Shown here: positions 12,776-22,740 of the stretch, one piece after another
How the letters are laid out: every line of letters begins with the position of its first letter
Position numbering within the stretch: position 1 is the first letter of the stretch
Origin: Octopus sinensis
Lineage: Eukaryota
Reading direction: 5' to 3'
Length of the DNA: 27,146 nt
Assembly: GCF_006345805.1 (NCBI RefSeq)
Contig: NW_021834098.1
Location: 1-27,146 of the forward strand
The notes under the pieces: model-generated
The model's input: only the letters and a program-made list of their open reading frames with translations
The model's database searches: none
What the model was told of the DNA's origin: nothing
Position numbers and translations under genes: made by a program

Positions 12776-12818
12776 CCACCTGACGAATGTCATTGAAGAC
12801 ATGAAACGATTGTAGTGG
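12776..12818 (+). ncRNA. Minimal type I hammerhead ribozyme (Penelope-like element type)
   Basis: CCAC (stem I), CUGACGA core, AUGUC/auugaa/GACAU (stem II), GAA, AC-gauu-GU (stem III), A cleavage site (GUA, after 12814), GUGG (stem I). All core nucleotides are present. Confidence 0.85.
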
Positions 12819-12926
12819 CGGTTTATTTCTTTATATTAAAAATTTTTATGTATTGATTAAGTCTTTCCTTATTTGTTTTGCAAAATAGTGGTTTTGTCTC
12901 GAATTAATATTATTATATATATATAT

Positions 12927-12986
<60 letters not shown>

Positions 12987-13211
12987 GCGCGTAGTCATTA
13001 TAACTGGCACATCACATGTAGCTATTAGAATTTCACGCTGGCGATCAGCAGACTGGATACAAAGTGCATTACAAATGAAGATCATGTGTGTGTGTGTGTG
13101 TGTGTGTGTGCTTATTTTTTTATGCCTTTGTATAAATTGCGTTGTCGCTGTATAGAGTATACATATCAGGAATTGTCAGTTTATTAAGTGGCTTAAACTA
13201 TTACATATTAT

Positions 13212-13394
13212 GTGGCTGTGTGGTAAGTAGCTTGCTTACCAACCACATGGTTCTGGGGTTAGTCCCACTGCGTGGCACCTTGGGCAAGTGTCTTCTACTA
13301 TAGCCTCGGGCCGACCAAATCCTTGTGATTGAATTTGGTTGATGGAAACTGAAAGAAGCCCGTCGTATGTATATATATATATATATATATATGT

Positions 13395-13425
<31 letters not shown>

Positions 13426-13645
13426 GTGTGTATATGTTTGTGTGTCTGTGTTTATCCCTCCAAACATCGCTTGACAACCGACGCTGGTGTGTTTACGTCC
13501 CTGTAACTTAGCGATTCGGCAAAACAGACCGATAGAATAAGTACTATGCTTATAAAGAATAAGTCCTGGGATCAATTTGCTCGACTAAAAGGCGGTGCTC
13601 CAGCATGGCCACCGTCAAATGACTGAAAGAATAAAAGAATAAAAG
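13212..13645 (+). mobile_element. SINE family B
   Basis: tggctgtgtggtaagtagcttgc...ggcaccttgggcaagtgtctt...aaatgactgaaagaataaaagaataaaag. Confidence 0.88.
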
Positions 13646-13999
13646 TTAATTATTTTACCTAACATATTTGACTTAAGCGGCACAATTTAATTGTGCTGCT
13701 CTAATCAAAAGTAACAGATTTTTATCTGTAACTTTTTCCTACCGAAAATTATGGTTCCACCCACCTTTTTTTGGTTATATTGCCATTCACTTAAATAGAG
13801 AGGTGGAAATTAGAAAGTAAAAAGAAATGCAGAGTTTGACCCAGTCGAAACGTGCAACCAATCAATGACTGACACGTGTCAAATTATGTTCATCTTGGAC
13901 ACTCTAAAATGTCTTGTGTTGAAGAATCTAACGATTTTTTCATTTGCCATTCAGCGGTGAGCTAAAAATTATGAAAATTTTGACGGCCTGGCTATAAAC

Positions 14000-14507
14000 A
14001 TCGATCTCGGAAAGAAACTGAGCGCAAGAGAGATTTTTTTAAAGTGAGGAAAAGGCTGTGCACTGAGTCAATCCCACTCACTCAGCAACAGCAGCCATAA
14101 TCCGAAAAGAAGAACAAGTCAGCATCATCAGTAACCACTGAGCCGCAGGTTTTATGTTGGAGTTATCCCAGTTACCTGAGTTACCTTCTCCTAGAAGGAT
14201 GCCCTAACAAAGGCTAGGAGTCCTTCACTCCCAATGGTTTAACCGCACGATCGGGTATTCAGTCGATTATTTCTATGTCCCCAGTGCATGATACAGCCTT
14301 AAGAGACATTATTGGATGGCCGTTGACTCTCAAGAGTTCCCCCGCCCTTTGACGGGTTTTGTGTTTTTCATCCCGCAGGGTGTCCAATAAACACCCTCCT
14401 CACCAAGCAAGCTTGGTGGGGTTGCCGGTTTAGTCGCCGACGACCCGACCATGCAACAGGTTGTACTGGGTTACATGTTCCCAGTAGCACTGGAAAGTGA
14501 CCTGACA
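14000..14507 (-). mobile_element. Probable 5' UTR fragment of an RTE-type LINE
   Basis: The minus strand contains GGGCATCCTTCTAGGAGAAGGTAACTC, resembling the conserved CTAGGAGAAGGAAAACTC block of RTE 5' regions. It also has several hairpins and starts at a (TACA)n tract. Confidence 0.5.
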
Positions 14508-14712
14508 TATACATACATACATACATACGTATGTACGTACATACATACATACATACATACATACATACATACATACATACATGCATGCATGGATGCATAC
14601 ATGCATGCATGGATGCATGCATACATACATACATACATACATACATACATACATACATACATACATACATACATACATACATACATACATACATACATAC
14701 ATGCATGCATGC
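14508..14712 (+). repeat. (TACA)n microsatellite with TGCA/TGGA interruptions
   Basis: Direct reading. Confidence 0.95.
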
Positions 14713-15424
14713 AAAATTCTGAACAATATTTACAAATAAAAGAAATACGAATTGGTTTCCAAACATTTGTGTTTCACACTCACGGGTGTTGCGTGTTGAT
14801 TGTCTGGTCAGTTGTTAATACATTGTAACATTGTGGTGTTTGTTATTGCAAGCAAATGTTTATTGAGCTAAAACATGTGATGTAAATTTATCCAGCATTT
14901 AAAAAATTAAAAAAGAAAAGAAAAAAACAACAGGAAACGTAAAGGAGGTTAACCCCTCACAGAAAATCCGGATTGGTGGATCTTAAAGCAGATATGTAAG
15001 CTTATACTTAACTTAACCAATACGTTGCGACGCCATGGATACTGGAAACAATTTGAGTTGTGGAATCAGCCCAGGAACGGCAGAAGTGTTTCAGTTGCTG
15101 TTTGTACAATACTGCGGAACAACGTTGAAAAAAGCCAAACATGCTTTTCCCTATTTAGACACAAACATAATTCTTTTCCCAGATAAATTGCACTTAATAT
15201 TCGAAGCCCCTGTGAAGCTATAAGGTGTTATTCAGGTACTCAACTATGAGTCTACTACATCTCATATCAGAAACAGGTGTAAGGTAATGAAGTTCATAAG
15301 ATAATCATTTGTTCCTTTCTCATTTCGCTTTCTTATTGCCGCTCCATACTCGGCTAACGCTTCATTCTGGAACATACGCATATTGAGCTTTACGCCAGGT
15401 TATTGGACTCGCAATGCCTAAGCG

Positions 15425-15465
<41 letters not shown>

Positions 15466-15468
15466 CTA

Positions 15469-15572
15469 CATATATAGCGTAGGCTCGAAACGTTAAAGAC
15501 TTTTTCACTTCCCCAGCGTTATACACTAATACATCTGTCTCCGTCTTTTGTCTTTTTTTGTGAATTCTCCTC

Positions 15573-15605
<33 letters not shown>

Positions 15606-15722
15606 ATATTACATATATAGCGTAGGCTCGAAACGTTAAAGAAGGACTTTTTTCACTTCCCCAGCGTTATACACTAATACATCTGTCTCCGTTCTTTTGT
15701 TCTTTTTTTGTGAATTTCCTCA
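15469..15722 (+). mobile_element. Two tandem copies (~105-112 bp) of a Penelope-like 3' terminal fragment separated by (TA)n
   Basis: The unit acatatatagcgtaggctcgaaacgttaaaga...gtgaatt(c/t)cctcat occurs at 15469-15572 and 15611-15722. Each copy begins with the 3' half of a hammerhead (aggctc GAAAC GTT AAAG). Confidence 0.55.
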
Positions 15723-15724
15723 TA

Positions 15725-15778
<54 letters not shown>

Positions 15779-15784
15779 TACAGT

Positions 15785-16114
15785 TTTGTTTGTCCCTTCT
15801 CGAGCCACGCCTGGCTCATAAGGGCCGGTTTCCCGTTTCCTTGGCGTATAGTTCCCCACCTGGACGGACCCGTCGCAGGTGAGCATCTTGCAACTCACCT
15901 GCCGCTCCGTCGCAGGTGAGCTGCAAGATGCAGGAAGAAAGAGTGAGAGAAAGTTGTGGCGAAAGAGTCAGAAGTTTCGCCATTACCTTCTGCCGGAGCC
16001 GCATGGAGCTTAGGCGTTTCGCTCATAAAAACACACATCGCCCGGTCTGAGATTCCAACCCGCGATCCCTCGAACGCGAGTCCGCTGTTCTAACCACTAG
16101 GTCATGTGCCTCCA
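15785..16114 (-). mobile_element. tRNA-headed SINE, family C, with internal inverted/direct duplication
   Basis: Minus strand gtggaggcacatgacctagtggttag...gggaaaccggccc.tatgagcc. It shares its head and tail with 25508-25765. Confidence 0.8.
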
Positions 16115-16362
16115 CACATACATATAGGGTGTTCATAAATTATCTTTACAACTTCCACAGTTTATTTATTGTATTGTGCTATTCCAATGCATTGCAAGCA
16201 ACCGCTGTCACGAAGGTGGAAGTGTTCTGATGTTTCTAATAAAACTTTGTTTACCTACGTATTTTTTTTTCCAGTAAATTCAGCTGATTTATCTTTATAT
16301 TTCATCTTTTTCCCTCAGTTTTCAATTCAAAGACACGCATTTATATATATATATATATATTT

Positions 16363-16517
16363 ATTCTATAATTATAAGCATAATTATAATTAGGGTTACT
16401 GTCTGGGAGATATCTTATGGTAGTGGAATAGTAGTTAACTGCTATTTCTAAATTTCTGTATGCGGTGAAGCAATTTTTGCTGAACCCTAATTATAATTAT
16501 GCTAATAATTATAGAAT
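16363..16517. mobile_element. MITE-like element, 35-bp inverted repeats around an 85-bp spacer
   Basis: attctataattataagcataattataattagggtt (16363-16397) versus aaccctaattataattatgctaataattatagaat (16483-16517), one mismatch. Confidence 0.6.
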
Positions 16518-16774
16518 TTTTGTATAAAGGTTCTTTTAACATACCGAACTACTTGGTAAAATTATTAATTATTAATTGATTAATGAATTTTACCCTTTAT
16601 TATTATTGTTTGTGTGTTTGTGTGTGTGTTGTGTGTGTGTGTGTGTGTGTGTGTATACATATGTATATGTATGCGTATATGTGTGTGTGTGATAATACTT
16701 TGTAAACAGACTTACAAGCGCCGAGTGGTATATATATATATGATTTTCTGAAGTATTTTCTGTCCTATTTTCAG

Positions 16775-16861
16775 GCATTCCCGATTCCCAGTTGGACCCG
16801 GTTCAAAAAAAGCTTGGAAACCAAGGACATTTGGATGGCAGACGTTATAAAGGAACACAGA
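16775..16861 (+). CDS. CYP17-like: Internal coding exon of a clan-2 cytochrome P450 (CYP17-like; equivalent to CYP17A1 exon 4, G-helix region)
   Basis: Acceptor ttttctgtcctattttcAG, donor AGA|GTAAGT. 87 nt, phase 0/0, open: AFPIPSWTRFKKSLETKDIWMADVIKEHR. It joins in frame to the 24726 exon (KEHR|ETLSEDNVRD). Human CYP17A1 exon 4 is also 87 nt and phase 0. Confidence 0.88.
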
Positions 16862-17557
16862 GTAAGTTTTCGTTTTTATTTTATTCTATTTTATAATGTT
16901 GACTTGTGATGTGTCTAAGTTGGGGGCAGGCTTACTGCCTGCAACGAAGCGCGTTCGCATCTCGGTTAATAACATGATTAAAAAGAAGCAAAAGCCAATT
17001 TATATAACATCGTTGACCCCTCTCTGTCGAGGGTACGAGGTCTGTATGGTCACTTACCCGCCTGAAATAGCTCTCAATGTTTGTGTCTCTTAAATCAGCT
17101 GTCCCCTACCCTTTTTCTGCACCACGAACCTGTTTTATGCAAGACAATTTTTCCACGAACCGGCAGATAATGTGCATAACAAAACGATAAAATGCTCATT
17201 TATTATATATATAATTCATATATATTACATATATAATACATCTCACTTAATATCGCTAAAACTTCAATTTGAACTGCGATTTAAAGCAAAGACGTCATAG
17301 CTTTGGCAACAGTCTATAAAGTTTATCAACTGAGCATATACAAGCATATTAGGGTAAAAGTACAAAAAGGCAAAACACCCGGCATCAGGTTAGGTTAGGT
17401 TACATGAGCATAAATCACAAGAAATGAAGATGTAAATAAGTGTGGGGAAAGTTCCCTACAGCTGTTTCAAGAACAGATGTGCAGACGGTGCATGTTGTAA
17501 AAAGCAAGTGGTAACTATCTATATATCAGCAACGTCTTCCGTCATCGGAGGGAAAAT

Positions 17558-18876
17558 GAGATATAGCAAAGATCTATTCCAACTCATCTTATCTCATCTC
17601 ATCTCATCTCCTCTTCGCTCACTTACTCTTGGAAGGGCCTTGAAGGTAGAGTCCTCAAGCACGCCTTCCACCAGGCTTTCTCAGAAGCGGCTAGATCCCC
17701 CAAGCGAAACCAGCCGAGCTCACAGATGTTATCCAATCATTTCGTTCGCCGCCTGCCTCTGGGTCTCCTGCAGATTGGGTTTTTGAATCCATAAAATTTG
17801 TCTAACGATTCTTTCCGGGTACTTTCTTACCCTATGTCCGTTGTTTCGGAGCTGTGCTCTCTAAATTCGGTAAAGTAATGGCTCTACCTGGAGCACCTTT
17901 CTGATTTCCGAATTACGCTCTCTCTCGAGTAACGCTACTCCAAAGACTCTTTGGATGAACTCTATTTCTGCCGACTGTATTCGCGATTGTAGTTTTTTAA
18001 TCATTACCCAAGATTCCTTACTCTAGGTTAGGATAGGTACTAACACCGAAGTGAAGAGAGCGCGTTTGGTTTTGACACCTTTCGTTTTTCTGATGATCGA
18101 ATGCTGAAATTTGAGCATTACTGCACCAGCTCTTACATTTTTTTGCACTCAGTTCACTCCCCTGCCCTCCATCACTCTTGAAAGCGTTCCCAAAATACTT
18201 GGAACTCTCCACCTGCTTTAGTGGAACTCCACTTACATGTAGACGTATGTCTCAACCTTCACTGCACTGATTTTCATTCCTGCCGAGTGCAACTCGTCAC
18301 CAAACCTGTCAAGTGCATATCGATGAGTCGAGTAGTAGTACTATGTTGTCTGCAAATTTCAGCCGACTGATCGTACATCCGCCGGTCTTGATATTACTTC
18401 CAAATCGGCTACACAGGTCAAACCTGTCCATGAAGATTATGAACAGAAAAGGTAATAGTATGCACCCTGCGTGGAGTCCGACACCCACCTTAGACGGTTA
18501 CGGTTTAGAACCATCTATCCTAAACAAATAATAGTGCGTTCGTATAGGGACTTTAAGGCCATCGATTCCATATTCTTGTAGAATCTTCCAGAAAACATCC
18601 CGGGAAACACTATCGTATATCTTTCCGAGGTCTACATACACCTGATGGACATACTCGCATGATTTCGCGAAGACTTGTTGCAGTGTGAATATTTGGTCGG
18701 CTGCGCTGCGTCCGGGGTAAAAACCACGTTATTCGTCAGGTAGCTTGCACTCGTCAATATCAATATATCTCTCTGCCAGATTCCCTGCATACTTTACCGG
18801 AGAGGCTTAGCGAGGAGGTTCCTTTGTAATTAGAGCAATAACTCTTGTTTATCTTTTTGAAAATTAGGATTATATA
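17558..18876 (-). mobile_element. 5'-truncated, degenerate RTE-clade LINE (reverse transcriptase and C-terminal region)
   Basis: Minus-strand frames give IILIFKK..CSNYKGTSSLSLSGKV, GFYPGRSAADQIFTLQQ, VDLGKIYDSV, VGVGLHAGCILLPFLFIIFMDR, RLKFADNIVLL and VESSKYFG, broken by stops and frameshifts. The 3' tail is (GATGA)n at 17583-17610. A 14-bp direct repeat TTCCGTCATCGGAG lies at 17537-17550 and 18877-18890. Confidence 0.9.
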
Positions 18877-19287
18877 TTCCGTCATCGGAGAAAAAAATAT
18901 ATACATTACATATATAATACAATATACGTTGCATTTATTATGCAAAAACATTCTGCAGACCTTGATAATTAATAAAATAGAAATAACAGAAAAATAGATT
19001 ATCCTCGGCCCGTTGCCTGAGAACCCATGCCTTAAATCAGCCCAACACTTTAGAAACTTTACGATATTTGTTGACTAAGGTTGTCTTAGTAATAGACCAA
19101 AAAAGATGTAATGCCTTTGATCATAAGTCAACTCACTTAAGGCTTAATTGGTATTAAAGAACGAAAAATCACAACCAAATGGCATGGTTTGTTGTAATTC
19201 AATCTCATGATACGTCCCCAGGTAAAATGTGTGGGCTTTCATATTAAAAATTTTGTAGTATCTCGGGAGCGTCGTTATGCAAATGAC

Positions 19288-19612
19288 AAACACACGCACT
19301 GGTTCAATTTCACTTCCTTATTATTCGTCAATTGGTTGACTGTTTAAGCAGCTAACTAATCGACTGTTTGATTAATCATTCAGTTACTCAATCAATCATT
19401 TGTGTTTGCATGAGTCTTTTTGTCGCCATTCGCGACCTCTTCAATGACCAGCCCTCTCTACTCCAAGTCAGTTTCAGGTCTGCCTTGTCTGAACGTATCT
19501 GATGGATCGATTAACCAAATGATTAATCAAACAATCGGTTAGTCAACTAGTTACATAGTTAACCAATTGACATACATAATAAAGAAGTGAAATAGAACCA
19601 GTGCGTGTGTTT
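19288..19612. mobile_element. Foldback/MITE-like element with ~105-bp imperfect terminal inverted repeats
   Basis: aaacacacgcactggttcaatttcacttccttatt...gtcaattggttgact...tgtttgattaatcatt pairs with aatgattaatcaaaca...agttaaccaattgac...aataaagaagtgaaatagaaccagtgcgtgtgttt. Confidence 0.7.
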
Positions 19613-20013
19613 ATTATTGGCATAATGACTCTCCCGAAATACAACAAAATATATTTCAGCACGCGAATTCACATCAAGGATCTTGTAAACCAAATACAAA
19701 TACGAAATATTTTTAAAATTTGTTTCTTAGTTAGAAAAACGGAATTCATAATAACTGCTTCCATAATAGGCACAAGGCCACCAATTTCTTGAAAATGGGT
19801 TAATCTATACTACAGACTCAGTACATGACTGGTATTTTTCGGTTTGGTTGAGAGTTCAAATCCTGGTAAGATGAACGTTACTTTTCACCCTTCAGGAGTA
19901 CCAGTTATGAGCTGAAATCGATGATAGCGACTAACCCCGCTCCCCATTACCCTCAAAATTGCAGACAGAAACGATTGTGCACGTATGTGTGTATACAAAG
20001 GAATAAATGCCTT

Positions 20014-20247
20014 GGCGAGCTGGCAGAAACGTTAGTACGCCGGGCGAAATGCTAAGCGGTTTTTCGTATGCCGCTACCTTCTGAATTCAAATTCCGCCGA
20101 GGTCGACTTTGCCTTTCATCCTTTCGGGGTCGATTAAATAAGTACCAGTTACTCACTGGGATCGATATTATCGACTTAATCCGTTTGTCTGTCCTTGTTT
20201 GTCCACTCTGTGTGTAGCCCCTTGTGGGCAGTAAAGAAATAGGTATT
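20014..20247 (+). mobile_element. SINE family A
   Basis: ggcgagctggcagaaacgttag...gtcgactttgcctttcatcctttcggggtcgat...aaagaaataggta. Confidence 0.85.
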
Positions 20248-20764
20248 TTGCGTGTGCGCTTGTATGTGGTTGTAAAAATCGTCTGCGCGCCTTTTCAAGC
20301 CTTCCAACGGGGAGGCGGGCGACACAGCCCCGCGGCTAGCGTCGAAGGACGTCGTCGGTTGTCGACGTCTATCAACGGTTGTCGGCGGGTGACGGGTTCT
20401 CTTGCCGGCTGCCATTAAAAATAGCCGGGAAATAACAGACACATGGTTGTTGATAAACACAACTGGTGATGCTGTATTCATCTGAAATGCATCTATTTTG
20501 ACAGTCCTGTCATAATTTGTCAAAATGTAATATTTCCTAATGTTTCCAGACACACACACACACACACACAAACATAGATTCACATGCGCACATACATCTA
20601 CACACACACATTTTTGTCATTTTGTTATTTTTTCCTCTTCCCCTTCCCTCTCACCCTATAAAAATGTTTTGTTTTTGTTGCAGATTTTCAGATTTTCTCT
20701 TTTGTTTTTTTCATGCCTTTTTGTTGATTGTATTTTCTTTATGTTTTCGTATTTTCTTGTTTTC

Positions 20765-20797
<33 letters not shown>

Positions 20798-20864
20798 TCT
20801 CAGAATCATGGTAATGTCTCCCCAAGGTATTCCACTTGCGAAATTCAATCTTTCATATTGCACG

Positions 20865-20922
<58 letters not shown>

Positions 20923-21445
20923 CATTTTCGTGTGTGTGTGTGTATTATATATATATATATCTATTGTTTATATAGATACATGTTTATATTTGTGCATGTA
21001 TATATATGCATATATATATATGTGTGTGTGTGTATTTATATATGTGCACACAAATACATACATATGCGTTACATATATATACATACATATATGTATATGT
21101 GTGTGTATGTGTGTGTGTGTGTGTGTTATGTATGTATGTATAGTATGTTTTGTTATGATTTCTGCCAGATTCTTAATGGTTTATCGTGTCTAATGTTTCT
21201 AAATACACATACTCCTACACAAAAGCAAACTATTTGCAACACACACTCACACACATACGCATACACACACAGTATGCTTAAGAAAACATGCGTAATACAC
21301 GCACACACACACACACGTACTATATATATATACGTATATACATACACACAGATATGCATACATGCATACATACACACACACATACATACATACATACATA
21401 CATACATACATACATACATACATACATACATACATACATACATGA
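20865..21445 (+). repeat. (CA)n/(TA)n/(TACA)n microsatellite field
   Basis: Direct reading. Confidence 0.85.
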
Positions 21446-21812
21446 AACAAATATAAACATCTGAATGAATGAAAAATAAGAATACAAAGTTTGAAAACAG
21501 TCTCTGAGGGTATCGAACCGACGCCTCTGTCACAGTGTGGCGCCTCATAGACTCCCTAGATATACATGTGGGTTTCTAACGCGGGGTAGTGAGTGGGCAC
21601 TGATAAATTTATTGGCAGACTTTTTCCCATTTAATTCTGCAAATTGGGGAAGACGGAACGGTGGAATATAAAGATTCGTTAAAACTGTGTTTTTGGTTAT
21701 GACTCTTTAATTCCTGAATTCAAATCCTGCCAAAAACAACTTCTGGGGACTGGTAAAATACGTAGGAGTGAAGTATACACACACACGCACACACACACAC
21801 ACACACACACCA

Positions 21813-21844
<32 letters not shown>

Positions 21845-21883
21845 CGCACACACACACACACACACTTATGAAGCGATTAGACT

Positions 21884-21977
21884 CTGGCACCTTGGGAAAG
21901 TGTCTTCTGCTATAGCCTCGGACTGCTCAAAGCCTTGTGAGTAGATTTGATAGACGGAAACTGAAAGAAGCCCGTTG
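21884..21977 (+). mobile_element. SINE family B fragment
   Basis: ggcaccttgggaaagtgtcttctgctatagcc...gacggaaactgaaagaagcccgt. Confidence 0.75.
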
Positions 21978-22265
21978 TACACACCAACACACACATAAGA
22001 TACGAGGAGTTTTACTCAGGGTGATTCAAACTAATAGGTATGCACCCCGAGTGCTCAAATAGGTATGCCATAAACCAGCTTGAAGGGTTGACATCTGCTT
22101 GATTAATCTCTTATCTGATTTTAAACTCGCGCTCCCTAATCCCTCTCAGGTCAGGAATGCTCACCCCTCGCCGTACTGGTTAGTATATTATATCTAATAC
22201 AAAGCTCCTATCTACCTATATTTCTCTCACCTCGATGTACTATATATATATATATATATATATAT

Positions 22266-22625
22266 TTTGTTTTATTCTTTTGCTTGTTTCAGTCATTTGA
22301 CTGCGGCCATGCTTGAGCACTGCTTTTGGTCGCGCAAATCAACCCCGGGACTTATTCTTTGTAAGCCTAGTACTTATTCCATCGGTCTCTTTTGCCGAGC
22401 CACTACGTTACGGGGACGTAAACACACCAACATGGGATGTCAAGCGGTAGTGGAGGACAAACACAAGTACACAAACCCATACACACACACACACACATAT
22501 ATACGACGGGCTTCTTTCAGTTTCCGTCTACCAAATCCTCTCACAAAGCCTTGGTTGGCCTGAGGCTATAGTAGACGAGACTTGCCCAAGGTGCTACGTG
22601 GTGGGGCTGAACCCGGAACCATGTG
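22266..22625 (-). mobile_element. SINE family B
   Basis: ttgtttcagtcatttgactgcggccatg...cttgcccaaggtgctacgtggtggggctgaacccggaaccatg. Confidence 0.85.
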
Positions 22626-22656
22626 CCTACATATACATATGTACATATATATGTAT

Positions 22657-22702
<46 letters not shown>

Positions 22703-22740
22703 GTGTGGTGTGGTGTGTGTGTTGTGTGTGTGTGTATGTA

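Larger units (their letters stand above)
12524..12917. mobile_element. Penelope-like element remnant: inverted pseudo-LTR pair inserted in (TA)n
   Basis: Arms 12593-12742 and 12767-12917 are reverse complements (about one mismatch plus one indel) around a 24-nt loop. An extra terminal segment 12524-12592 lies on one side only. The structure is flanked by (TA)n on both sides and carries a hammerhead. Inverted pLTRs with hammerheads are characteristic of PLEs. Confidence 0.75.

Noticed and set aside
16123-16151. TATAGGGTGTTCATAAATTATCTTTACAA resembling a Tc1/mariner TIR (similar CAGGGTGATTCAAA near 22018; hAT-like GGGTGTCCAAACTTT near 5105)
   Set aside because: These are single ends with no partner TIR or transposase nearby, too short to support.
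17386-17402. GGTTAGGTTAGGTTA telomere-like run
   Set aside because: Only three TTAGG units, internal, and not the TTAGGG array expected at a mollusc telomere.
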